The notes under the pieces: model-generated
Told to the model about the DNA's origin: nothing
Database searches by the model: none
What the model saw: only the letters and a program-made list of their open reading frames with translations
Part shown: one piece after another, positions 48,525 to 56,981 of the stretch
Layout of the letters: every line of letters starts with the position of its first letter
Position numbering within the stretch: the stretch's first letter is position 1
Program-made: the position numbers and the translations under genes
DNA from: an uncultured Acidobacteriota bacterium
Lineage (GTDB): Bacteria; Acidobacteriota; Thermoanaerobaculia; UBA5066; Gp7-AA6
Assembly (NCBI GenBank): GCA_963782815.1
Contig: CAWALG010000041.1
Span: forward strand, 184,310-248,309
Direction of reading: 5' to 3'
Length of the DNA: 64,000 nucleotides

Positions 48525-49703
48525 ATGAGTTACGTCAGTGAAGGGCGGCGGATCTCGAGGCTGATCGCCGGGGCATTGCTGCTGCTCGTCGGCGCCCTGT
48601 TCGTCCTGCAGAATCTCGGTTACGTGCGGGCGGGACAGTTCGGAGATTACTGGCCGCTGTTTCTCGTCTGGATCGGCCTCTCCCGGATGCTCGGGCCCGC
48701 GCGGGCGCGCCACTTCGCGTCGGGGCTCGTCATCTTCGCTCTCGGCGTCTTCTTCCAGCTCGACCGGCTGGACGTGATCTGGGTTCCGATGCACCGGTTC
48801 TGGCCTCTTCTCCTGATCGCGGTCGGCTTCGGGTTGATCGCCGACTCGTTGATCGGCCGCAGGCGCGGAGAGACCGGGATCGCGCCCTCGTCACAGGCCG
48901 GCCCCGGAGGTGGAGCGTGAACGGGCGGCGCGGGCTATCACGGCGACGGCCGGATCGTCTGGGGTGGGATCCTGATCCTGCTCGGCCTCATCTACGCGCT
49001 CGACGCGTTCGGCGTCCTCTCCGCGGGCGACATCCTCCGGTACTGGCCGCTGATCCTCATCGGGGTCGGCGCCACGAAGATCTCGCAGGCTCGTTTCTCG
49101 TCGCAGCGGAACGGGGGGTTCATCCTGGTCGCGATCGGCAGTGTCTTCCTGCTCCGGTCTCTCCACCTCGTCTGGTTCCACTCGCGGGACGTGTGGCCGG
49201 CCGTTTTTCTCCTGGTCGGAGGATTCCTCGTCTGGCAGGCGTTGACACGCCGCCAGGCGCCGGCCGGCGGGGATGGCGAGAAGGGCCCGGGCGAGGGCGT
49301 CCTGGAGAACGCCCGAGAGGGACTCGCGGCCTCGCGGGAGGGGCGGGATGGACGGATGGAACTGGGCTCGGTCCTGAACGAGTTCGCCTTCATGGGGGGC
49401 GGAGACCGCGTCGTGCGGGCCCAGGACTTCCGGGGGGGAGACGTGACCGCCATCATGGGAGGCTTCGGCATCGACCTGCGCGGCGCGGCGATCGCCGGAA
49501 ACTCCGCGACGATAAACATCTTCACGCTCTGGGGAGGGGTGGACCTGAAGGTCCCCGAGGACTGGAACGTCGCGGTGGCCGGCGTGCCGCTCCTGGGCGT
49601 CTTCACCAACTCCTCGCACGCGTTGCGGCAGGGGGACCCGGCGGCGAAGACGCTCGTCGTCAAGGGGGTCGCGATCATGGGCGGTGTCGAGGTGAAGAAC
49701 TGA
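48525..49703 (+). CDS. LiaF-like membrane protein (two 4-TM modules plus DUF2154-like C-terminal domain) interrupted by an in-frame TGA at 48918
   Basis: Same frame before and after the TGA: ...GFGLIADSLIGRRRGETGIAPSSQAGPGGGA-stop-TGGAGYHGDGRIVWGGILILLGLIYALD...VWPAVFLLVGGFLVWQAL...NIFTLWGGVDLKVPEDWNVAV...MGGVEVKN. No start codon follows the TGA. Confidence 0.6.
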
Positions 49704-49711
49704 GGACGAGA

Positions 49712-49796
49712 TTTCAGTTGTCAGTTGTCAGTCTTCAGTTTCTGGGAGTGGAACTGAACGGAACTGATAACTGACAACTGATAACTAACAACTACT
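49712..49796. repeat. Heptamer-array hairpin, CAGTTGT family
   Basis: tttcagttgtcagttgtcagtcttcagtttctgggagtggaactgaacggaactgataactgacaactgataactaacaactac. Confidence 0.85.
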
Positions 49797-49799
49797 CTC

Positions 49800-50855
49800 A
49801 TGCATCCGATTCTCGCGCGCAAAGGGAGGTTGTTACCGTACCTGGCGGCGTCGCTGCCGCTCGGCGCGCTCCTGACCGTGCTGCTCGCCCGCCCGGGCGC
49901 GTACTCGCTCGCGCAGGCGGCCGCTGTCGCGTTTCCGCTCGCGGTCGTATACGCGTTCCTGGGTCTCTCGGCCTGGTATCCGTGCCGCAGTCTTCCCTTG
50001 ACGCGCGCGAAGGCGCCGGTCCTGCTCGCGTCGCACGGCGGCGCCGCCCTCGTCACGAGCGCCGCGTGGGTCCTGCTCGGAGCCGGGATCGGACGTCTCC
50101 TCGAGCAGGTCCCGTCCCTCGCCGGCATGAGCGATGGCTACGCCGCTCAGGTCCCGCCGCTTTTCGCGGTCGGCGTTCTCCTCTACCTCCTGTCGGTCGC
50201 CCTGCACTACGTGCTCCTCGCCTTCGAGGCGGCGAGGGAGGCGGAGCGGCGGGAGGCGCAGCTGCGGCTGCTCGCGCGGGAGGCGGAGCTGAAGGCCCTG
50301 AAATCGCAGGTGCAGCCGCACTTCCTCTTCAACTGCCTGAACTCGATCAGCGCGCTCGCCGGAAGCGACCCGGCGCGCGCGAGAGAGATGTGCCTGGGTC
50401 TCGCGAGCTTCCTCCGGCAGAGCCTCGCGGTCGGCGAAAGGGCGAGCATCCCCGTCGGGGAGGAGCTGTCGCTCGCCAGAAGCTACCTGGACGTCGAGCG
50501 GATCCGCTTCGGGAAAAGGCTCGCCGTGGAGGAGTCCATCGAGCCCTCGGGAGAGGAGTGCATGGTGCCGCCGCTCCTCCTGCAGCCGCTCGTCGAGAAC
50601 GCGGTCGTGCACGGGATCGCGACGCTCGCCGAAGGAGGCGCCATCCGCCTGGAAGCCAGCCGCACGGGCAACCACCTCCGGATCGTCATCGAAAACCCGT
50701 TCGATCCCGACGCGCCGTCTCGCGGCAGCAGCGGCCTTGGCCTGAAGATGGTGCGAGACCGGCTCGCCGCCCTGTACGGTCCGGACGCGATGTTCGCGGC
50801 CAGGAGGCTCGAGGGGCGTCATTTGGCAGTGATCTCGATTCCCGCGAGGGTCTAA
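49800..50855 (+). CDS. Sensor histidine kinase, LytS/YehU family (His_kinase PF06580-type)
   Basis: Intact 351 aa. Four to five N-terminal TM helices, QVQPHFLFNCLNSI H-box, LLLQPLVENAVVHG, GSSGLGLKMV ATPase motifs. Confidence 0.85.
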   Translation: MHPILARKGRLLPYLAASLPLGALLTVLLARPGAYSLAQAAAVAFPLAVVYAFLGLSAWYPCRSLPLTRAKAPVLLASHGGAALVTSAAWVLLGAGIGRLLEQVPSLAGMSDGYAAQVPPLFAVGVLLYLLSVALHYVLLAFEAAREAERREAQLRLLAREAELKALKSQVQPHFLFNCLNSISALAGSDPARAREMCLGLASFLRQSLAVGERASIPVGEELSLARSYLDVERIRFGKRLAVEESIEPSGEECMVPPLLLQPLVENAVVHGIATLAEGGAIRLEASRTGNHLRIVIENPFDPDAPSRGSSGLGLKMVRDRLAALYGPDAMFAARRLEGRHLAVISIPARV

Positions 50856-50865
50856 GTGTGAGAGA

Positions 50866-50955
50866 CAGGTGTCAGGTTTCAAGGTGTCAGGGGAAATGCG
50901 GTGCCAGGTGCCAACAGGTGTCGACGAGCCTGGTGCAACCGACACCTGACACCTG
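50866..50955. repeat. Heptamer-array hairpin, CAGGTGT family
   Basis: gacaggtgtcaggtttcaaggtgtcagggg...acaggtgtcgacgagcctggtgcaaccgacacctgacacctg. Confidence 0.8.
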
Positions 50956-51463
50956 CTATTCCGAGAGCCTCTCCTGCTTCCAGATTTCGTTGCGCAGGTT
51001 TTATCTCCGAAGGAGATCCGGACAGCCCACGTGAAGATCGCGCCGGGCCAGAAGGTCCAGGTCATCGCTTACGGGGGCCGCGTTTCGAATGGTTCCCGTG
51101 CATTCCAGCGCCAAGCGGATCGCGGCTTTCTCAAGGGGATTGAAACCCGTGCCGCGCGAACGGGATCGAGACCTTGAACGTCGTCGATCTCCCCGGCTGG
51201 CTGGAGTATTTCGCCGACGGACCGAACGCTAAATTCTTCGCGGCCGTCGATCCGTCAATGCCGATCCCTGGGGCCTACGCTCAGCCTCTACGAAGTGTTC
51301 AATCGGGTCGTCGAGCAGCGCGGCGAGGATGCCTTGCCTTCCAGCGTCGCCCTGATGCAGCGGGCGCGTATGGCCGATCAAGTGTGATGCTCACGGCCGT
51401 CAGGGCTGCGAGCCCAGGATGGTTGATTTCAAAGGTCAAGCGGATCATCTCAAGCGGCCGACG

Positions 51464-51566
51464 GTATCTGGTATCAGTTGCCAGGTGTCAGGTCGGGCAC
51501 CGGACTTCGCGTCCCTGGCACCTGATACCTGCATTTCACCTGACACCTGTTCCCTGACACCTAAGC
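51464..51566. repeat. Heptamer-array hairpin, CAGGTGT family, immediately upstream of the response regulator
   Basis: tatcagttgccaggtgtcaggtcgggcaccggacttcgcgtccctggcacctgatacctgcatttcacctgacacctgttccctgacacc. Confidence 0.8.
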
Positions 51567-51583
51567 CTCATTACCATCCCCAC

Positions 51584-52375
51584 ATGGTCGACTCCATCCG
51601 CGTCCTGATCGTGGACGACGAGCCTCCGGCGCGGGCGATCCTCCGCGAGATGCTCGGCCGCATCCCGGGCGTCTCCATCGTGGGAGAGTGCGGCGACGGG
51701 ATGGAGGCGGTCAAGGCCGCCGGGCAGCTCAAGCCGGACGCGGTCTTTCTCGACATCCAGATGCCGAGACTCGACGGCTTCGAGGCCATGGAGCTCCTCG
51801 ATCCGGCGATCGCCGTCGTCTTCGTCACCGCCTACGACAACTACGCCGTCAAGGCGTTCGAAGTCCGCGCTGTGGACTACGTCCTGAAGCCCTTCAGCGA
51901 GGCGAGGCTCGCCGAGGCTCTCGGGCGGGCGCGGGAGCGCGTGCGAGAGAAGGGGAGGCCGGACGCGGGCGCGCTGGCGGCAGCGTCCCGTCCGCCCGGC
52001 CAGTTTCTCTCCCGCATCGTCGTGCGCGACGGCCCGAACATCCGAGTCATCCCCGTCGAGAAACTCGACTTCGCCGAAGCACAGGACGACGACGTCCTCT
52101 TCAAGACAGAAGGAAAGAAGTACCGCAAGCCCCAGACCCTCGCGAGCCTGGCCGAATCGCTCGATCCCGCGCGCTTCCCGCGCGTCCACCGCTCCTACGT
52201 GATCAACCTCGACCGCCTCCAGCGAGTCGAGCTCTACGCCAAGAACAGCCACATCGCGATCCTCGCCGACGGCTCCCGAATCCCCATAAGCCGCGAAGGC
52301 CACGCCCGCCTGATCCAACTCTTAGAAGGGCGTGCCTCCTCGTCGATGGTCAATAGTCCAAACGCTCCCGCCTGA
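51584..52375 (+). CDS. LytTR-family response regulator (LytR/AlgR-like)
   Basis: ATG at 51584. REC domain IRVLIVDDEPPAR...DAVFLDIQMP...VVFVTAYD. LytTR domain ...IVVRDGPNIRVIPVEKLDFAEA...HRSYVINL. Confidence 0.85.
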   Translation: MVDSIRVLIVDDEPPARAILREMLGRIPGVSIVGECGDGMEAVKAAGQLKPDAVFLDIQMPRLDGFEAMELLDPAIAVVFVTAYDNYAVKAFEVRAVDYVLKPFSEARLAEALGRARERVREKGRPDAGALAAASRPPGQFLSRIVVRDGPNIRVIPVEKLDFAEAQDDDVLFKTEGKKYRKPQTLASLAESLDPARFPRVHRSYVINLDRLQRVELYAKNSHIAILADGSRIPISREGHARLIQLLEGRASSSMVNSPNAPA

Positions 52376-52381
52376 CTTCAA

Positions 52382-52855
52382 CTATCGCTCTCGGCTCATC
52401 GCCTTCCACATGCGGGGGTCGAGGGAGAGGGGCTCGGGTTTGCCGATACGGATTTCGGCGAAGAGGGGGTGGGCGGGGTTCAAGAGGTAGTTCTTCTCCT
52501 GCGGGATGACGGCGGACGGGACGGCCAGGATCGGGGTCTTTCGCTCTTCGGCCCAGCGAGTCCCGATCTCGGCGAGCGCGTCGGGGGCGGGGTACTTTCT
52601 CCAGTTGCGGGGCAGCGCGCTCTCCTCGACGGATGTCATCGGGAGGTCCTTCGGGACTTCGGCGGGGATCGCGACGAGATCCGGCGGTGCGGCGGCCCTG
52701 GGGAGGTTGACGAAGTACTCGAGGAGGGCGAGCGACAGGGTGGCGGAGGTGTAGACGACGGCGGTTCCGCGGCGGTTCCATCGGCCGCCGGCGAGTCGGG
52801 AGCCTTCGCCGTCGAAGGCGGTGTGCTTTTTTCGGCAGAGACGCCAGAGTTTCAC
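52382..52855 (-). CDS. RES-domain toxin
   Basis: KLWRLCRKKHTAFDGEGSRLAGGRWNRRGTAVVYTSATLSLALLEYFVNL is the RES (Arg-Glu-Ser) NAD-targeting toxin fold. GTG at 52855 chosen because the longer ORF start lies inside the hairpin repeat. Confidence 0.75.
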   Translation of the reverse strand: MKLWRLCRKKHTAFDGEGSRLAGGRWNRRGTAVVYTSATLSLALLEYFVNLPRAAAPPDLVAIPAEVPKDLPMTSVEESALPRNWRKYPAPDALAEIGTRWAEERKTPILAVPSAVIPQEKNYLLNPAHPLFAEIRIGKPEPLSLDPRMWKAMSRER

Positions 52856-52940
52856 GAGGTGGTAGGTGGTAGGTCGTAGGTGGTAGGGGCCAGAAGGGAT
52901 TCCTCCGTCCCTATCACCTACCACCTTCCACCTACCACCT
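52856..52940. repeat. Heptamer-array hairpin, GGTAGGT family, between the antitoxin stop and the toxin start
   Basis: gaggtggtaggtggtaggtcgtaggtggtaggggccagaagggattcctccgtccctatcacctaccaccttccacctaccacc. Confidence 0.85.
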
Positions 52941-52945
52941 TCTCG

Positions 52946-53374
52946 CTAGCTGTAGACGCCGTGGGCGATCCGGACCAGGACGTCCTCGACCTGGCGGGCT
53001 CCGAGGTCGCTGTCGAGGTGGCGGAGCGGGGGCTCGTTTCCGAGGGCGGTGTTGGGTTCGTGGAGCCAGCGGGTGGCTTTTTCGCGGGTCCCGAGGGTCT
53101 CTTCGGCCAGGGCGGCCACCCGGCCGAGGCGCAAGAGGCGGTCGGATTCGTCGGCGTGGAGGCGGCGCTCCTTCTTGCGGCGGGCGAGGGTGCGGGGAGG
53201 GAGGTCGAGGATCTTGCCGAGGTCTTTCGCGCTGATCCCGTAGGCGGCGGAGACCGCGTCGAGGGACGCGTAGGGGAGGCCGGACTTGCGGCGGGCCTGC
53301 AGGTCTTCGAGCGTCGCCGCCTTGACGACCCTGGGGCCGCCGAGGGTTTGGACGATGCGCCGGGCTGTCATCAT
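52946..53374 (-). CDS. Xre/ParS/MbcA-type antitoxin (DUF2384 toxin-binding domain)
   Basis: 142 aa from MMTARRIVQTLGG... HTH-like ...ISAKDLGKILDLPPRTLARRKK and C-terminal RWLHEPNTALGNEPPLRHLDSDLGARQVEDVLVRIAHGV typical of DUF2384. The rest of ORF 52946..54073 is antisense of thrA. Confidence 0.75.
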   Translation of the reverse strand: MMTARRIVQTLGGPRVVKAATLEDLQARRKSGLPYASLDAVSAAYGISAKDLGKILDLPPRTLARRKKERRLHADESDRLLRLGRVAALAEETLGTREKATRWLHEPNTALGNEPPLRHLDSDLGARQVEDVLVRIAHGVYS

Positions 53375-53551
53375 GGCCGGTCTGGGAGCCTCCTCAAAGA
53401 TGGCAGTTATTGTAGTGCCAGATGGCACCGTGGCGCAACAGCGCGCCTCACCCCGCCCGCGGCGCGCTCGTCCTCCGCGGGGGAGAGGGAGTTCTTGAGG
53501 CGGCGCTGCGCGCCGCGGCTTGAAAGTGGGAGAGGGGGTAATCTTCGGGGA

Positions 53552-56108
53552 ATGACGCGGGAGCTGACGGTCCACAAGTTTGGAGGGGCTTCGCTCGCGG
53601 ATGCGCGGGCGATGCGGAATGCCGTCGCGCTGGCGGCAAGCAGGGAGGGCCCGTGGCTGTGGTCGTTTCGGCGCTGGCGGGCGTGACCGATGCGCTGCTC
53701 GAGGCCGCCGCGGCGGTCGGGAAGGACGCGGGGCGGATCGAGGAGATCGCGGCGGAGCTGGCGCGGAGGCACCGCGCGGCGATCCTGGCGGTCGTCCCGG
53801 CCGGGTCCGGTCCGGCAGGAGCTGCTCGCGACGGCCGGTCGCGCGTTCGACGAGCTGGCGCTCCTCTCGCGGGCGCCGGTCTTCGTCCGGGACCTCTCGG
53901 CCGGCGCGCTGGACGCGCTGCTCTCCCGCGGCGAGGAAATGTCGGCGCGGATCTTCGCGGCGGGTCTCGCGGCGGCGGGACGGCCGCGCCGTGTTCGTGG
54001 ATCCGCTCGGGCTGATCGCGACGGACGGACGCTTCGGAGGGGCATCGCCGCGGCTGGCCGAGACGGACCGCAACGTCCGGCGGATCCTGGCGCCGATCCT
54101 GAAGAAGAGGCGTCGTTCCGGTCGTGGCGGGCTTCTACGGCGCGGCGCCGGACGGGCGGGTCGTCACACTCGGGCGCGGAGGCTCGGACCTGACGGCGAC
54201 GCTCCTTGCGCGCGGCGCTCTCGGCGCGGGCGGTGTTCCTCTGGAAGGACGTGCCGGGAATCCTCACGGCCGATCCTCGCGTCGTTCCCGACGCGCGCGT
54301 CATCCCGCAACTGAACATCCGCGAGGCGGCGGAGCTGGCCTACTACGGAGCCAAGGTCCTCCAGCCGCGCGCGCTGATTCCGGTCGGCCGGCGCGCCATC
54401 CCGGTCTTCGTGAGGCCCTTCGAGGAGCCGGAGCGGCCGGGCACGGAGGTCTCGCGGCGAAGCACGCTGAAGCGCTATCCGGTCAAGGCGCTGTCGGCGA
54501 TTTCCGGCCAGGCGCTCCTGACGGTCACCGGCAACGGCATGCTCGGCGTTCCGGGCATCGCCGCGCGCACCTTCGCCGCGCTCCACCGCGACGGGATCTC
54601 GGTGTCGCTCATCTCCCAGGCCTCCTCCGAGCACTCGATCTGCCTCTCCGTCCCGCAGGCGAGCGCGAAGGAAGCGCGGCGGAGCCTCCTCGAGGCCTTC
54701 GCGGAGGAGATCGCGCGCCGCGAGATCGACGGCGTCGAGATGCTCTCCGGGCTCTCGACGATTTCCGTCGTGGGCCTCGGAATGGCGGGGACGCCCGGCA
54801 TCGCGGCGCGCGTCTTCTCGGCGCTCGCGGCGGGAGGGATCAACGTCGTCGCGATCGCCCAGGGCTCCTCGGAGCTGAACATCTCCTTCGTCGTCTCCGA
54901 CGCGCAGGCGCCCGAGGCGCAGCGGCGCATCCACGACGGCCTTCCAGCTCTCGAAGATCGGCGGCGGAGCGGCGGCGGTGAAGCAGCCGGCCGACGTCGT
55001 CCTGCTCGGGTTCGGGCAGGTGGGCCGCACGCTCGCGGGCCTCCTGCGGGCGTCGCGCGGCAAGCTCCGCCTCTGCGCCGTCATCGACCGGAGCGGCTTC
55101 GTCGTTCCGTCCCGGCGGCTTCTCCGCGGCGGACGTCGCGGAGCTTGCCGCGGCGAAGAAGCGGGGGCGCTCGGTGGCGAAGACGCGGCGCGGGCGGAAG
55201 GCCGGCGCCTCCGACGCGATCGCGTTTTTCGCCGAGCACGCGCTCTCCCGTCCGATCCTGGTGGACGTGACGGCCGAGGCCACCGCCCCGCTCCTGGAGA
55301 AGGCCGCCGCGTCGGGCTTCGACCTCGTGCTCGCCAACAAGCGCCCGCTGTCGGGGCCGCGAGAGGAGGCGCGGAGCCTGCAGAGAACGGTCGGCGAGAA
55401 CGGGCGGCGGCTGCGCTTCGAGGCGACGGTCGGGGCGGGCCTGCCGATCCTGGACACGCACCGGAAGCTCGTCGAATCGGGGGACCGGGTCTTGAAGATC
55501 GAGGGGTGTCTCTCGGGAACGCTGGGGTTCCTCCTCTCCGAGATCGAGCGCGGGGCGAGCTTCTCCGCGAGCCTCCAGCGCGCGATCGCGAGCGGCTACA
55601 CGGAGCCGGATCCGCGCGACGACCTCTCGGGCGCCGACGTGGGAAGGAAGGCCCTGATCCTCGGCCGACTGCTCGGTTTCGCGGGGGAGCCGGAGGACGT
55701 GGAGGTCGAGTCCCTCGTGCCCAACCGGGCCGGCGCCCTCGCCCTGCGGCGGTTTCTCGAGAGCCTCTCGGAATTCGATCGCGGAGTGGCGGGAGCGCGC
55801 CGACCGCGCGCGCGCCCGGGGGAAGACGCTGCGCTACGTGGCGTCCGTCACGCGGCGGAAGATCCGCGTCGGCCTGGCCGAGGTGGCGCCCGGCTCTCCC
55901 TTCTATGGGCTTGAAGGGCACGGACAACCAGGTGGCGTTCACGACCGTGCGCTATCGAACGAACCCGCTCGTGATCCAGGGCCCCGGCGCCGGGCTCGCG
56001 GTGACGGCGGGCGGGATCTTCAACGACGTCGCGGAGCTGGCCGGCGCAGTGAGCCGTCGTACGCGCGTTCGCCCCGGGCACCGTCGCCAACCTGGGGCCG
56101 GGTCTTGA
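53552..56108 (+). CDS. thrA: Bifunctional aspartokinase / homoserine dehydrogenase (ThrA-like); at least 6 frameshifts
   Basis: AK N-terminus MTRELTVHKFGGASLADARAMRNV, VVVSALAGVTDALL, LSRGEEMSARIF. ACT domains (ALLTVTGNGMLGVPGIAARTFAAL...; STISVVGLGMAGTPGIAARVFSAL). HSD part VVLLGFGQVGRTLAG, ANKRPLS, EATVGAGLPILDT, IEGCLSGTLGFLL, QGPGAGLAVTAGGIFNDV. Confidence 0.65.
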
Positions 56109-56978
56109 CATACTGGGACTGGCCGTCGAGGGCGCCGGCGATACCGTCCGGGTCGAGCGCGCGGCGGGACCCGGCATCGTCATCCGCGACTCCGGCCATC
56201 CCGGACATTCCGCGCGACGCGGCGAAGAACACGGCCGGAATCGCCGCCGCGAGAGTGCTCGAGCAGGCGGGCGAGACGGCGATGGGGCTCGTAATCGACG
56301 TGGTCAAGGGGCTGCCCCTCTCGGGAGGGCAGGGGGGCAGCGCCGCTTCCGCCGCCGCGGCGGCCGTGGCGGTCAACGCGCTCCTGGGCTCGCCGCTCCC
56401 GAAGGCGGACCTCCTCGGCGCGTGCCTGGCGGCGGAGGAGGCCGTGGCCGGACGCCACGCCGACAACGTGGCGGCGGCGCTCTTCGGGGGCGTGATCCTG
56501 GTGCGCTCGCTCGACCCGCTGGACGTCGTCGCGCTCCCATATCCCGACGATCTCCTGGTCGTGCTCGTCGCCCCCGAGCAGCGCCTGCGCACGGAGGAGG
56601 CGCGCGCCGCCCTTCCGGCGACGGTGGAGCGCGGCCTCGCGCTCGCGCAGGCGGCGCAGGTCGGCGCGATCGTCGCCGCGCTCGCCTCGCGGAACTACAG
56701 CCTGCTGTCGCGCTCGGTCGTGGACCGGATCGCGGAGCCGGCGCGCGCGCCGCTTCTGCCGGGCTTCTACCGAGGCGAAGGCGGCGGCGCTCGAAGCCGG
56801 CGCGCTCGGCTGCTCGATCTCGGGGGCGGGCCCGGCCGCCTTCGCGTTCGCGAAGGACAGGGAGAGCGCCAGCTGCATCGCAGGGGCGATGATCGCCGCC
56901 TACGAGAGCCGCGGCGTGGCGGCCCGGGCGCGCGCCTGCCGGATCGACGCGCGCGGCGCCCGCGTGCTGGAGCAGAAT
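56053..56978 (+). CDS. thrB: Homoserine kinase ThrB; 2 frameshifts; no stop before thrC in the final frame
   Basis: RAFAPGTVANLGPGLDILGLAV (GHMP N-terminus), VVKGLPLSGGQGGSAASAAAAAVA (P-loop-like motif 2), C-terminus ISGAGPAAFAFAKDRESA...RIDARGARVLEQNA. Frame opens right after TGA at 56050; no canonical start seen. Confidence 0.6.
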
Positions 56979-56981
56979 GCC

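Noticed and set aside
48918-48920. TGA as selenocysteine codon in the LiaF-like protein
   Set aside because: No selenoprotein family is known for LiaF-like proteins. No convincing SECIS-like stem-loop was seen directly downstream, and the codon lies in a Gly-rich low-complexity linker. Kept only as an anomaly, not as a recoding call.
50901-51557. ORFs 50901..51143 and 51174..51557 as genes
   Set aside because: Both are largely composed of the CAGGTGT hairpin repeats and flanking spacer. Only a short segment looks protein-like and is reported as a possible remnant instead.
193-52940. Heptamer arrays as CRISPR arrays
   Set aside because: Repeats are 7 nt and contiguous with no unique spacers, and no cas genes are present. 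The architecture is an inverted pair of tandem arrays, not direct repeats with spacers.
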